This document shows positions 17,896-27,823 of a stretch of DNA of 64,000 bases, piece after piece. Each line of letters starts with the position of its first letter. Position 1 is the stretch's first letter. This DNA is from Brevundimonas sp. Its GTDB lineage: Bacteria > Pseudomonadota > Alphaproteobacteria > Caulobacterales > Caulobacteraceae. The stretch lies in the NCBI RefSeq assembly GCF_041648615.1, contig NZ_JBAZOS010000012.1:225-64224 (forward strand). The letters run 5' to 3'. A program made the translations under genes and the position numbers. The notes under the pieces are model-generated. The model saw nothing but the letters and a program-made list of their open reading frames with translations, was not told the DNA's origin and did not search any database.

Positions 17896-18998
17896 CCCGG
17901 CCGCGGCTGACCTTTCGCCAGTGGGTCGGCTGGACCGGCCTGACGATCATCCTGGTGCTGGCCGCCGCGGTGGCGGTCTGGCGCGGGGATATCCTGCGGG
18001 CGGGACTGGATCCGCAGGTGCCGTTCCAGACCTATACGCCGCCGCCCGCGCCGGACTACGGCGCGCCGGCGGCCTGGGCGTTGCGCGAGGCGCGGACGCC
18101 GGGGGCGGGACCGGCGGCGATCTTCTTCGTTCACTCGACGACCTATGACGGCGGGGCCGAATGGAACGGGCCCATCGGCGACCGTGACGCAGACGCGTAT
18201 CTGAGCCGGGTGGTCCTGCCCAACTACGCCGGGCCGTTCGCGCGGGCCGGGGCGATCAGCGCGCCGCGCTACCGGCAGAGCAGCCTCTACACCCGCCTGA
18301 CGCTGCGCGAGGATGCGCGCGAGGCGCGGGCCTTCGCCTGGGGAGACGCCGCGGCGGCGTTCGACATCTGGATCGCCAACCATCCGACCGGGCCGATCGT
18401 GCTGGCCGGGGTGGAACAGGGCGGAGACATCGTCGAACGACTGGTGCGCGAGCGCGTGGCCCCGGATCCGGTGCTGCGGCGGCGGCTGGTCGCGGCCTAT
18501 CTGATCGATGTGGTGGCGGCGGCGGATGGCCTGTCGCCGCAGGTTCCAGCCTGCGGACGGCGCGATCAGGTCGGCTGCGTCGTCGGCTGGTCGCCGGTGG
18601 GCGAAGGCAATGACGGGGCCGCGCGGCGGCGGCTGCGGCGGGCGCTGGTCTGGGATGCAAGGGGACGGCTGGTCGATCTGGGCGGGCGGCCGGCCCTGTG
18701 CGTCAATCCGGTCACCGGCTCGACCGACACCGGCCCTGTGGCGGCGCGGTTCCACAAGGGGGCGACCAACGCCACCGGGCTGGAATGGGGCGCGCGACCG
18801 GCCCTGATGGCGCGCGAGATCGCCACCCGGTGCCGCAATGGACTGCTGCGTCACACGGAGCCGACGACGGAGTCCTTCCGCGAGACAGGCAGCTGGGCGG
18901 ATCGAAGAAAATCCCGCCCTTACAATCTATTCTACGGCGATATTGAAGCTGATGTTCAGGCGCGGCTGACGGCCTGGCAGGCGCGTTCGCCGGCCTAG
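17892..18998 (+). CDS. DUF3089 family alpha/beta-hydrolase-like membrane-anchored protein
   Basis: N-terminal TM; APDY...WA, FFVHSTTY, APRYRQ, CVNP motifs; ATGA overlap with hldD. Confidence 0.75.
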   Translation: MTRPRLTFRQWVGWTGLTIILVLAAAVAVWRGDILRAGLDPQVPFQTYTPPPAPDYGAPAAWALREARTPGAGPAAIFFVHSTTYDGGAEWNGPIGDRDADAYLSRVVLPNYAGPFARAGAISAPRYRQSSLYTRLTLREDAREARAFAWGDAAAAFDIWIANHPTGPIVLAGVEQGGDIVERLVRERVAPDPVLRRRLVAAYLIDVVAAADGLSPQVPACGRRDQVGCVVGWSPVGEGNDGAARRRLRRALVWDARGRLVDLGGRPALCVNPVTGSTDTGPVAARFHKGATNATGLEWGARPALMAREIATRCRNGLLRHTEPTTESFRETGSWADRRKSRPYNLFYGDIEADVQARLTAWQARSPA

Positions 18999-21082
18999 TC
19001 AATCCCCGGGCGGTCGTTGCGCCAGTCGAACAGGGCCTCCAGAACCTTGACCGCCTCGCCGCGCGGCGAAGTCAGGTCGGGATCGCGGCCCAACACCAGA
19101 CGGGCGTCGTCGGCGGCGGTCAGCATCAGGGCGCGGTGCCGGATCGGGTCGGCGAAGCGGTAGGCGGGGAAGCCGCTCTGCTTCAGGCCCAGCGGATCGC
19201 CGCCGCCGCGCAGGCGGAAATCCTCCTCGGCGATCTCGAAGCCGTCCTCGGTGCGCCGAAGCGTTTCGAGGCGGAGACGCGCCGTTTCGCCGAGCCCGTC
19301 GTCGCCCCCGCCGTACAGCAGGATACAGGCGCTGGCCTTGGCGCCGCGACCGACGCGACCGCGCAACTGGTGCAGCTGGGCCAGGCCGAAGCGGTCGGCG
19401 TGCTCGATGACCATGATGGTGGCGTTGGGCACGTCGACGCCGACCTCGACCACGGTTGTGGCGACCAGCAGGGGGATGCGTCCGTCGGCGAAGTCGGCCA
19501 TGACGGTCTCGCGCTCGGCCCCCGGCATCTGGCCGTGGGCGAGGCCGACCTCGACCTTGAGGATCCGCCGCAGGTCGGCGGCCCGGGCCTCGGCGGCGGC
19601 GAGGTCGGAGGCCTCGCTCTCGGCCACCAGGGGACAGATCCAGTAGGCCTGTGCGCCGCTGTCGATGGCGGCCTTCAGCCGTTTGGCCACTTCGCCGATG
19701 CGGGCCAGGGGCAGGACGGCGGTGGTGACGGGGGTCCGACCCGGCGGCTTCTCCATCAGGCGCGACACCTCCAGTTCGCCGTACTGGGTCAGTTCGAGGG
19801 TGCGGGGGATGGGCGTCGCGGACATGGTCAGCAGGTGGACGCCGCCGGTGCGGGGGTCGCCCTTGGCCTGGAGCCGCTGGCGCTCGTTGACGCCGAAGCG
19901 GTGCTGTTCGTCGATGACGGCGAGGGCCAGCCGGTCGAAGCGGACGGCGTCCTGGAACAGGGCGTGGGTGCCGATGGCCACCCGGGCCTCGCCGGAGGCC
20001 AGGGCGGCGAGGCGGGCGCGGCGCTCGGCGGGGGTGTCGCGGCCCGTGAGGAGGACGGCGCTGACGCCGGCGGCCTCCATCATCGGGGCGATGCGCTGAT
20101 AGTGCTGGCGAGCGAGGATCTCGGTCGGGGCCATCAGGGCGGACTGGAAGCCGGAGGCGGCCGCGTCGGCCAGGGCGAGGGCGGCGACGGCGGTCTTGCC
20201 CGAGCCGACGTCGCCCTGCAGCAGCCGGCCCATCTGTTCGCCCGCGGCGAGGTCGCGGCGGATCTCGGCGATGGCCTGATGCTGGGCGCCGGTCAGCTGG
20301 AAGGGCAGGGACTGCAGCAGGCGGGCCGAGGCGTCGCCGGGATGGATCACCGGCGCGGGGGTGATCTGGCGGGCGCGGCGGCGGCGGGCCAGGGCCAGCT
20401 GGTGGGCGAACAGTTCGTCATAGGCCAGCCGCTGGCGGGCAGGCGCGTCGGGCTCCAGATCGGGCTCGGCCTCGGGCGCGTGCAGGCGTTCGAGGGCGGC
20501 GCGCCAGCCGGGCCAGCGGGTCTTCGCCAGCCAGGCCGGGTCCTGCCATTCGATCAGATCCGGCGCGTGCTGCAGGGCGACCTGGACCAGTTTGCGGATG
20601 ACACGCGACGACAGGCCCTGGGTCGCCGGATAGACGGGCTCGATGGCGGCGATGTCGCCGGCCTGTTCAGGGGTGAAGATGTCGGGGTGGACGATCTGCA
20701 CCTCGCTGTTGAACCGCTCGACCTTGCCCGAGACCAGCCGGGTCTGGCCGCGCGGCAGCAGGCGGTCGATGTGCTGGGCCGAGCCGCCGAACCAGATCAG
20801 GTGGACGAAGCCCGTGGCGTCGGTCGCCCGGACCTTGATCGGGGCCCCCGGTTTTGGCGGGACGATCAGGCGGTCGATGACGATCTCGAAGACGCCGACC
20901 TGACCCTCGACGGCGTCGGCGGCGGTCATGGGGCGGCGGACGATCAGGCCGGACGGAGACAGAAACAGGACGTCGCGCACCAGCGGGCCGGCCAGTTTCT
21001 GGACCAGCGGCAGCACCTTGGGCCCCACGCCCTTCAGGGTGGAGACCTCGGCGAACAGGGGAAAGAGAATCTCTGGCCGCAT
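18995..21082 (-). CDS. recG: ATP-dependent DNA helicase RecG
   Basis: QGDVGSGKT, DEQHRFGV, SATPIPRT, TTVVEVGVD, QLRGRVGRG; start MRPEILFPLF. Confidence 0.96.
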   Translation of the reverse strand: MRPEILFPLFAEVSTLKGVGPKVLPLVQKLAGPLVRDVLFLSPSGLIVRRPMTAADAVEGQVGVFEIVIDRLIVPPKPGAPIKVRATDATGFVHLIWFGGSAQHIDRLLPRGQTRLVSGKVERFNSEVQIVHPDIFTPEQAGDIAAIEPVYPATQGLSSRVIRKLVQVALQHAPDLIEWQDPAWLAKTRWPGWRAALERLHAPEAEPDLEPDAPARQRLAYDELFAHQLALARRRRARQITPAPVIHPGDASARLLQSLPFQLTGAQHQAIAEIRRDLAAGEQMGRLLQGDVGSGKTAVAALALADAAASGFQSALMAPTEILARQHYQRIAPMMEAAGVSAVLLTGRDTPAERRARLAALASGEARVAIGTHALFQDAVRFDRLALAVIDEQHRFGVNERQRLQAKGDPRTGGVHLLTMSATPIPRTLELTQYGELEVSRLMEKPPGRTPVTTAVLPLARIGEVAKRLKAAIDSGAQAYWICPLVAESEASDLAAAEARAADLRRILKVEVGLAHGQMPGAERETVMADFADGRIPLLVATTVVEVGVDVPNATIMVIEHADRFGLAQLHQLRGRVGRGAKASACILLYGGGDDGLGETARLRLETLRRTEDGFEIAEEDFRLRGGGDPLGLKQSGFPAYRFADPIRHRALMLTAADDARLVLGRDPDLTSPRGEAVKVLEALFDWRNDRPGID

Positions 21083-21165
21083 GCGGCGACAGCATAGCTG
21101 GCGAAACGGCGGGGGGAACGCTATCTGACCCGTCCTGTTTACTGACCGACCGGGCAAGGAAGCTT

Positions 21166-21486
21166 GTGGCCGATATTGATGCGCGTCCTGAAGAGGCTTC
21201 CGCCCGCGAGCGGCTGGGCCGGATCGTGTTCCGGGCCTGGCGGCGCGGTTTCCGCGAGGCCGATCTGGTGCTGGGTCCATTCGCGGATCGCGTCGGTCCA
21301 ACCCTGACCGAAGGCGAACTGGACTCCCTGGAGGCTCTGCTGGCCGAAGACGACGATCACCGACTGTACGCCTGGATCATCGGCAGCGAGCCGACCCCGG
21401 CGGCGCACGACACCGCCGTGATGGGCAAGATCCGCGACTTCATGCGCGACCACGTCGCCGCCGCCGTGGCCGAGGGCGCCGGTTGA
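21166..21486 (+). CDS. sdhE: Succinate dehydrogenase assembly factor 2
   Basis: RAWRRGFREADLVLG (RGxxE motif); classic position between recG and mfd. Confidence 0.88.
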   Translation: MADIDARPEEASARERLGRIVFRAWRRGFREADLVLGPFADRVGPTLTEGELDSLEALLAEDDDHRLYAWIIGSEPTPAAHDTAVMGKIRDFMRDHVAAAVAEGAG

Positions 21487-24400
21487 TGGATGGCGCCATC
21501 CCCACGCGGGGCGATCAGGAGCTGGGCGGCGCGCCCGAGGGACTGGACGCGCTGACCGTCGCCGAACGGCTGAGGGGCGCGGGCGGCGTCGGCGTCTTCG
21601 TGGCGCGCGACTACGCCCGCATGGGTGAGTTCGTGCAGGCGTTCGGTTTTTTCGCCCAGGACATTGAGGTCATTGAGTTTCCGGCGTGGGATTGCCTGCC
21701 CTATGACCGGCTGAGTCCCTCGTCGTCGGTGTCGGCCGAGCGGATGGCGGCCCTGACCCGGCTGGCCCGGCTCCACCCGACCGAGACCCGTCCGACCCTG
21801 GTCGTGACCACCATCGGAGCGGCGATCCAGCGGACGCCGCCGCGCGAGGTGACCAGCGGGGCCGGCTTCCAGACCACGGTCGGCCTTGATCTCGATACGG
21901 CGGCGCTGGAGCGGTATTTCGCGGCCAACGGCTATATGCGCGCCTCGACGGTGTCGGAGCGTGGCGAGTTCGCGGTGCGCGGCGGGGTCATCGACGTCTA
22001 TCCGCCCGGCTTCGAGGAGCCGGTGCGGCTGGACATGTTCGGCTCGGAGCTGGAGTCGATCCGCACCTTCGATCCGGCGACGCAGCGGTCGACCGGACAG
22101 AGGCGCGAGGTGTCGCTGGCGCCCGTATCCGAGGCGCTGCTCGACGCCGAGAGCATTTCGCGATTCCGCACGGGCTATCTGAGCCTGTTCGGCGCGGCGG
22201 GCGACGATCCGCTGTACGCGGCCATCAGCGAGGGCGCGCGGCGGCAGGGCATGGAGCACTGGCTGCCGTTGCTCTATGAGCGGCTGGAGACGCTGTTCGA
22301 CTATCTGCCCGACGACGCGAAGGTGTTTCTGGACAACCAGGTCGAGGCCGCGCGGGCGGAGCGCTGGACCCTGACGCGCGACGCGTATGAGGCGCGTCGG
22401 GACGCGGCGATGAGCCGGAAGGCGGGGAGCGGCGGGTCGGCCTACCGCGCCCTGCCGCCCGAGCGGCTGTATCTGGACGAGACGGAGTGGAACACCGCCC
22501 TCGCCGGGCGCTGGGTGCGGCGGCTGTCACCCTTTCACGGACCGGGTGAAGACGCGGGCGGACGGCTGGGGCGCAGCTTCGCGGCCGAACGGGCGCAGGA
22601 CAGCGTCAATCTGTTCGAGGCGGTGGCGCGCCACGCAGAGGCGGTCAAGGCGGCGGGCAAGCGGGTGCTGTTCGCCTCCTGGACCGAGGGCTCGTCCGAA
22701 CGGCTGGCGGGCATGCTGGCCGATCACGGGCTGGAGCATGTCGTCCCCGTGCGCGACTGGACCGACGTCCAGAAGGCGCCGAAGGACCTCTATCTGCGCG
22801 GGGTTCTGCCGGTCGAGCACGGGTTCGAGACGGCGGACATCGCGGTCATATCCGAGACCGACATCCTCGGCGACCGGCTGGCGCGGCCGCGCAAGAAGCG
22901 GCGGGCGTCGAACTTCCTTGCCGAGGCCTCGGCCCTGACGACCGGCGATCTGGTGGTCCACCTGGATCACGGCATCGGCCGCTATGAGGGGCTGAAGACG
23001 CTGGAGATCCAGCAGGCGCCGCATGACTGTCTGGAGCTGGTCTACGCCGGCGACAGCAAGCTGTATCTGCCGGTCGAGAACATCGATCTGTTGACCCGCT
23101 ATGGGTCGGACGCCGACGGGGCGCAACTGGACCGGCTGGGCGGGGCGGGCTGGCAGGCGCGCAAGGCCAAGGCCAAGGCCCGCCTGCGCGACATGGCCGA
23201 GGGGCTGATCGCCCTGGCCGCCAAGCGGTCGCTGCGCACCTCGGATCCCATCACGCCCCCGCACGGCCTGTTCGACGAGTTCTGCGCCCGCTTCCCCTAT
23301 GAGGAGACGGACGACCAGCTGAACGCCATCGGCGACGTGCTGGAGGACCTCGGCAAGGGCACGCCGATGGATCGGTTGATCTGCGGCGACGTCGGCTTCG
23401 GCAAGACCGAGGTGGCCCTGCGGGCGGCCTTCGTGGTGGCGATGACGGGGCAGCAGGTGGCCATCGTCTGCCCCACCACCCTGCTGGCGCGGCAGCATTT
23501 CAAGACCTTCAGCGAGCGGTTCGCCGGCTGGCCGGTCACGGTGCGGCACCTGTCGCGGATGGTGACGGCCAAGGACGCCGCCGAGACGCGCGCGGGGCTG
23601 AAGGACGGATCGTTCGAGATCGTCGTCGGCACCCATGCGGTCTTGAGCGAACAGGTCGGATTCAAGGACCTGGGCCTTGTTATCGTTGATGAAGAGCAGC
23701 ATTTCGGGGTCAAGCACAAGGAGAAGCTGAAGTCCCTGCGGGCCGATGTTCACCTGCTGACCCTGACGGCGACGCCGATCCCGCGCACCCTGCAGATGGC
23801 GCTGTCCGGCATCCGCGAGATGTCGATCATCGCCACCCCGCCGGTCGATCGCCTCGCGGTGCGGACCTATGTCACGCCGTGGGATGCGGTGCTGGTGCGC
23901 GAGGCCCTGCTGCGCGAGAAATACCGCGGCGGTCAGGCCTATTATGTCGTGCCGCGCCTGAGCGACCTGCCGGAGATCGAGAAATTCCTGCGCGAGCAGG
24001 TCCCCGAGATCAAATTCGTGGTCGGCCACGGCCAGATGTCGCCGACCCAGCTGGAAGACGTGATGAGCGCCTTCTACGACGGCAGCTACGACCTGCTGCT
24101 GTCGACGACGATCGTCGAGAGCGGGCTGGACGTGCCGACGGCCAACACCCTGATCGTGCACAAGGCCGACATGTTCGGCCTGGCCCAGCTGCACCAGATC
24201 CGCGGCCGGATCGGCCGGGCCAAGGCGCGGGCCTTCGCCTATCTGACCACCCCGCCGAACAAGCCGATGAGTCTGTCGTCAGAGCGGCGGCTGCAGGTGC
24301 TGCAGTCGCTGGACAATCTCGGCGCCGGCTTCCAGCTGGCCAGCCACGATCTCGACCAGCGCGGCGGCGGCAATCTGCTGGGCGACGAGCAGTCGGGCCA

Positions 24401-24953
24401 CATCCGCGAGGTCGGGGTCGAGCTGTACCAGCAGATGCTGGAGGACGCCGTGTCGGAGCTGCGTCTGTCGGGCGAGGGCGGCGGGACGGTCGACCGCGGC
24501 TGGTCGCCGGCCATCAATGTCGGCGCGGCCGTGTTGATTCCAGAGGAATACGTCCCGGACCTGAACGTTCGTCTGAGCCTGTATCGCCGCCTGTCCGACG
24601 CCGAGAATTCGGAGACGCGCGAGGCGCTGGCCGCCGAACTGATCGACCGGTTCGGGCCTCTGCCGGACGAGGCGAAACAGTTGCTGCGGATCGTCGGCAT
24701 CAAGGCCAACTGCAAGACGGCCTGTATCGAACGCATCGACATCGGGCCCAAGGGCGCGGTGCTGACGCTGCGCAACAACGCCTTCCCCAATCCGATGGGG
24801 CTGGTCGGGCTGATCCAGAAGAACCACGCCTTCTGGAAGCTGCGGCCCGACCAGAAGATCGTGGTCAAGGGCGAGTGGGACACGGCGGCCGAGCGGCTGA
24901 AGGTGGCCGAGCGCATCACCACCGATCTGGCGAGGGTGGCGGGCGCGGCCTAG
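21483..24953 (+). CDS. mfd: Transcription-repair coupling factor
   Basis: [19 protein letters not shown] (RID), [26 protein letters not shown]-terminal TRCF domain. Confidence 0.97.
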   Translation: MMDGAIPTRGDQELGGAPEGLDALTVAERLRGAGGVGVFVARDYARMGEFVQAFGFFAQDIEVIEFPAWDCLPYDRLSPSSSVSAERMAALTRLARLHPTETRPTLVVTTIGAAIQRTPPREVTSGAGFQTTVGLDLDTAALERYFAANGYMRASTVSERGEFAVRGGVIDVYPPGFEEPVRLDMFGSELESIRTFDPATQRSTGQRREVSLAPVSEALLDAESISRFRTGYLSLFGAAGDDPLYAAISEGARRQGMEHWLPLLYERLETLFDYLPDDAKVFLDNQVEAARAERWTLTRDAYEARRDAAMSRKAGSGGSAYRALPPERLYLDETEWNTALAGRWVRRLSPFHGPGEDAGGRLGRSFAAERAQDSVNLFEAVARHAEAVKAAGKRVLFASWTEGSSERLAGMLADHGLEHVVPVRDWTDVQKAPKDLYLRGVLPVEHGFETADIAVISETDILGDRLARPRKKRRASNFLAEASALTTGDLVVHLDHGIGRYEGLKTLEIQQAPHDCLELVYAGDSKLYLPVENIDLLTRYGSDADGAQLDRLGGAGWQARKAKAKARLRDMAEGLIALAAKRSLRTSDPITPPHGLFDEFCARFPYEETDDQLNAIGDVLEDLGKGTPMDRLICGDVGFGKTEVALRAAFVVAMTGQQVAIVCPTTLLARQHFKTFSERFAGWPVTVRHLSRMVTAKDAAETRAGLKDGSFEIVVGTHAVLSEQVGFKDLGLVIVDEEQHFGVKHKEKLKSLRADVHLLTLTATPIPRTLQMALSGIREMSIIATPPVDRLAVRTYVTPWDAVLVREALLREKYRGGQAYYVVPRLSDLPEIEKFLREQVPEIKFVVGHGQMSPTQLEDVMSAFYDGSYDLLLSTTIVESGLDVPTANTLIVHKADMFGLAQLHQIRGRIGRAKARAFAYLTTPPNKPMSLSSERRLQVLQSLDNLGAGFQLASHDLDQRGGGNLLGDEQSGHIREVGVELYQQMLEDAVSELRLSGEGGGTVDRGWSPAINVGAAVLIPEEYVPDLNVRLSLYRRLSDAENSETREALAAELIDRFGPLPDEAKQLLRIVGIKANCKTACIERIDIGPKGAVLTLRNNAFPNPMGLVGLIQKNHAFWKLRPDQKIVVKGEWDTAAERLKVAERITTDLARVAGAA

Positions 24954-25696
24954 CTCTCGTGCGGGGCGGCGTTCTCGAACCGCTCGTCCCACCACGCCTT
25001 CCAGCGGCCCTCCAGATCGGCGAAGGCGGCGTCGGACAGGCCGTAGGTGGTCAGGGTCAGCATGGTCGAGCCGCGGGGGCGCTTGTCCTCCTTCGGCGGA
25101 CTGTCCAGCACCACCAGCAGGCCGTCGCCCCAGCCATCGACGGTGACGCCGATCTGGTGGCGGGCGACGAACCAGACCTGACCCGCCGCGTCCGCGTCGG
25201 GACCCAGCGGCATCGCATAGGGCTCTCCGGGCGCCGGGGCGGCGTCCAGGCCGAGCACGGACCGGCCCAAACCATCCGCGCGCGGCGGGCCCGAGAAGAA
25301 GAGGGTGCGGCGCGTCTGGCCAGGGTGGCGGGCGAAGGCGAAGGCCAGCTGCTGTGTGAAGGAAATCCAGCCCTCGATCATGCCGTCGAAGACGTCCGAC
25401 CAGTCGCCGGCCGGGGCGGAGCGGACCACCCGGACGAGGCTTGTCCCGTCGCCCGTGGCCTCGACCTCGTAGCGGTCGTTGACGCCGACGAAGGTCACGG
25501 TCCGGCGCGCCTCATCCGCCTCGGCGTGGGTGACGAAGATGAAGTCGATCTCGTCCTTGAGGGTGTCGGCGTCCCAGCCGAACCAGTTCTTGATCTGCTG
25601 CGGATCGCGCAGGGCGGCCCAGACCGCGTCGGCGGGGGCGGGCACGGTGACCTCGACGAGGACATGGTCTTCCATGGGCTGAGACGCTTCGGTCAT
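24950..25696 (-). CDS. SRPBCC/AHSA1-like ligand-binding domain protein
   Basis: VEVTVPAPADAVWAALRDP...WFG and EGW pattern. Confidence 0.7.
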   Translation of the reverse strand: MTEASQPMEDHVLVEVTVPAPADAVWAALRDPQQIKNWFGWDADTLKDEIDFIFVTHAEADEARRTVTFVGVNDRYEVEATGDGTSLVRVVRSAPAGDWSDVFDGMIEGWISFTQQLAFAFARHPGQTRRTLFFSGPPRADGLGRSVLGLDAAPAPGEPYAMPLGPDADAAGQVWFVARHQIGVTVDGWGDGLLVVLDSPPKEDKRPRGSTMLTLTTYGLSDAAFADLEGRWKAWWDERFENAAPHES

Positions 25697-25701
25697 GGCG
25701 G

Positions 25702-26298
25702 TCAGTTCCTTGCTGCAGGGGGTTTGGGCGTCGCCGGCCAGGCGGCGGCGGTGAGGCGGTAGCGGCGGCCGGAAGGGGCCGCGTATTTGCGGGCCAGGGC
25801 CACGACGGCGGCGCTGACCTCTTCGGTGAAGGCGTCGAAATCGGCGGGGGCGGCGAAGGTGACGTCGGTCTCGACCGTCAGGGTCAGCAGGCGCGATCCT
25901 TCGGCGGCCGCGTCCTGACGCATGCGGGCGACGTCGCGGACGATGGTCGAGGCGGTCGAGATCAGATGGTCGGCGGCGTGGCGATCCTGGGCGTCGACCG
26001 CATCGGGGTCTGGCGGCGCCTGCATCAGGGCCGGGTCGAAGACATAGTTCTGCGCGGCGACGAACAGGCGTTCGGTGAAGCCGCGCTTTCGCCGTTCCTC
26101 AGCCAGCTGGATCAGGCCCGCGGCCTCAAGGGCGCGCAGGTGGTGGCCGATGTTCTGGCGCGGCAACCCCAGTTGCTCCGACAGGCCGGCGGCGGAGGCG
26201 GGCTCGGTCAGGGCGGCGAGGATGCGCCGGCGGATGGGCGCCAAGGCCAGAAGCGCGGTGTCGAGGTCGTCGAGCAGGGCTGATGGACGCGATGTCAT
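25702..26298 (-). CDS. ArsR-like HTH transcriptional regulator
   Basis: PIRRRILAAL...SAAGLSEQLGLPRQNIGHHLRALEAAGLI winged HTH; start 26298 or 26313. Confidence 0.85.
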   Translation of the reverse strand: MTSRPSALLDDLDTALLALAPIRRRILAALTEPASAAGLSEQLGLPRQNIGHHLRALEAAGLIQLAEERRKRGFTERLFVAAQNYVFDPALMQAPPDPDAVDAQDRHAADHLISTASTIVRDVARMRQDAAAEGSRLLTLTVETDVTFAAPADFDAFTEEVSAAVVALARKYAAPSGRRYRLTAAAWPATPKPPAARN

Positions 26299-26312
26299 GG
26301 CGCGAACCTGCA

Positions 26313-26334
26313 TTAGACAAATCAGATTGTCAAA
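26313..26334. promoter_or_regulatory. Inverted-repeat operator overlapping a TTGACA -35 of the regulator
   Basis: TTAGACAA-ATCAGA-TTGTCAAA (7/8 palindrome); the minus strand reads TTGACA shortly upstream of the regulator ATG. Confidence 0.6.
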
Positions 26335-26340
26335 TGAGCG

Positions 26341-27654
26341 TCAGGCGTGCGACCGCACATCCTTTGAGGCCCGTTCGAGGACGGCTGCGGGGGATTCCCC
26401 CGGCGCGATCTCGGCCACGCCGACCTCGAACTCGACCACGAAGGGCGAGCGGTCGGGGCCGGCGTCGAAGGCGGTGCAGCCGATCACGGCGGCGATCCGG
26501 TCGGCGGCGATCCGTCCGGAAGGGCCGCGGGTCGCGGGCAGGGCGAGGGCGAAGACGTCGGGCGACAGGCGGGCCGCCGTATCCTCGGTGCGGATCAGGC
26601 GCGAGACCATGGCGCCGATCTGGGGCAGGGCGCGGTCCAGCCAGCCGCCCTTGCGAGCCTCGGCGACCGCCTCGGTCTCCGACACGCGCAACACGGCGAC
26701 CGAGAGAGGGCGGCGGCGCAGTCGGGCGCCCTCGGCCACGCGGGCCAGATGGCTGGCGAACAGCGGGGGGGTGAACAGGCCGGTGGCGGGATCTGTCAGA
26801 CCCGAGCCGCGCGCGCTTTCCAGCGCCCTGCGGATGGCGACGTGGCGGCGGTGGGCGCGGGCGAGGGCGGCGATCCGCTCGGCGGTTTCGTCCTCCGGCG
26901 TGTCGGCGGCGGCGACATCGGCGAAGCCGCGATTGTAGAGTTCGGCCAGATTGATCTCGCCGGCGCCGCGCAGATAGAGCACCGCGGGGATGTGGTACAG
27001 GCGGGTGTTCCGCTTCATGCCCGAGGCGATCGAAAGCGCGGGCGCGTGATCCTCGGCCCCCCACAGCACGGCGGCGTCGAACGGCTTTTCGTGCAGGTAG
27101 TCGAAGGCGGTGTAGGGCGTCGGCGCGGCCACGACCTCGCAGCCGCGCTCGGTCAGGGCGTTGGACAGGGCGAGGAAATGCCGGTCGGGCTTGCCGGCCG
27201 CCAGCACCCGCAGCGGGGTGGCGTCGGTGTCTGTCAGGGGCAGGGGCTGGCCGCGCGCGGCGAAGGTGGCCTCGCGCAGGCTGACCTCTTCCTCGGCGAT
27301 GGCGGAGCGGATGAGATTTTCCAGACGCAGGGCGGCCTGTGCGGCATGCGGCGGGTTGGACATGGCGATGTCGGCCACACCCGGCGGCCAGGCCGCGGTT
27401 TCGGCGCCGATGGCGAGGACGGGCAGGCGGCGGGGGAACACGGTCTGGCGCAGGGCTCCGACGCCCTCGGCCGAGTCGGGCAGGCGGGCGTCGAGGATCA
27501 CGGCTTCCAGCGGCCAGTCGATCAGGGTTTGTATGGCGCCGGCCAGCGACCGGGCCGTGACCGTGCGCCAGCCGAGGGCGTCCAGCCCCTGACACAGCGG
27601 GCCGATCAGGTCGTCGTCAGGAGCGACGACCAGAATGCGTGGATCGGAACCCAA
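26341..27654 (-). CDS. popA: PopA-like c-di-GMP effector (REC-REC-degenerate GGDEF)
   Basis: Two atypical receiver domains, TDPATGLF, I-site RTED, degenerate A-site SPDVF; located near mfd. Confidence 0.82.
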   Translation of the reverse strand: MGSDPRILVVAPDDDLIGPLCQGLDALGWRTVTARSLAGAIQTLIDWPLEAVILDARLPDSAEGVGALRQTVFPRRLPVLAIGAETAAWPPGVADIAMSNPPHAAQAALRLENLIRSAIAEEEVSLREATFAARGQPLPLTDTDATPLRVLAAGKPDRHFLALSNALTERGCEVVAAPTPYTAFDYLHEKPFDAAVLWGAEDHAPALSIASGMKRNTRLYHIPAVLYLRGAGEINLAELYNRGFADVAAADTPEDETAERIAALARAHRRHVAIRRALESARGSGLTDPATGLFTPPLFASHLARVAEGARLRRRPLSVAVLRVSETEAVAEARKGGWLDRALPQIGAMVSRLIRTEDTAARLSPDVFALALPATRGPSGRIAADRIAAVIGCTAFDAGPDRSPFVVEFEVGVAEIAPGESPAAVLERASKDVRSHA

Positions 27655-27823
27655 GGTCGATGTCTCCAGCCGCGCCAGCCCCCTGACGCGGTTTCAATGG
27701 CGGCGGACCATAGCGACGGTCGGCGGCTGTAGGCAACGGGTCGGGGGCCGCTATCCGCAGCGGCGCTTTCCCCCGGGCCGAATTGCGGTAGAAGTGCGGG
27801 CTTCAACGGTTGTGGGGACCGGC

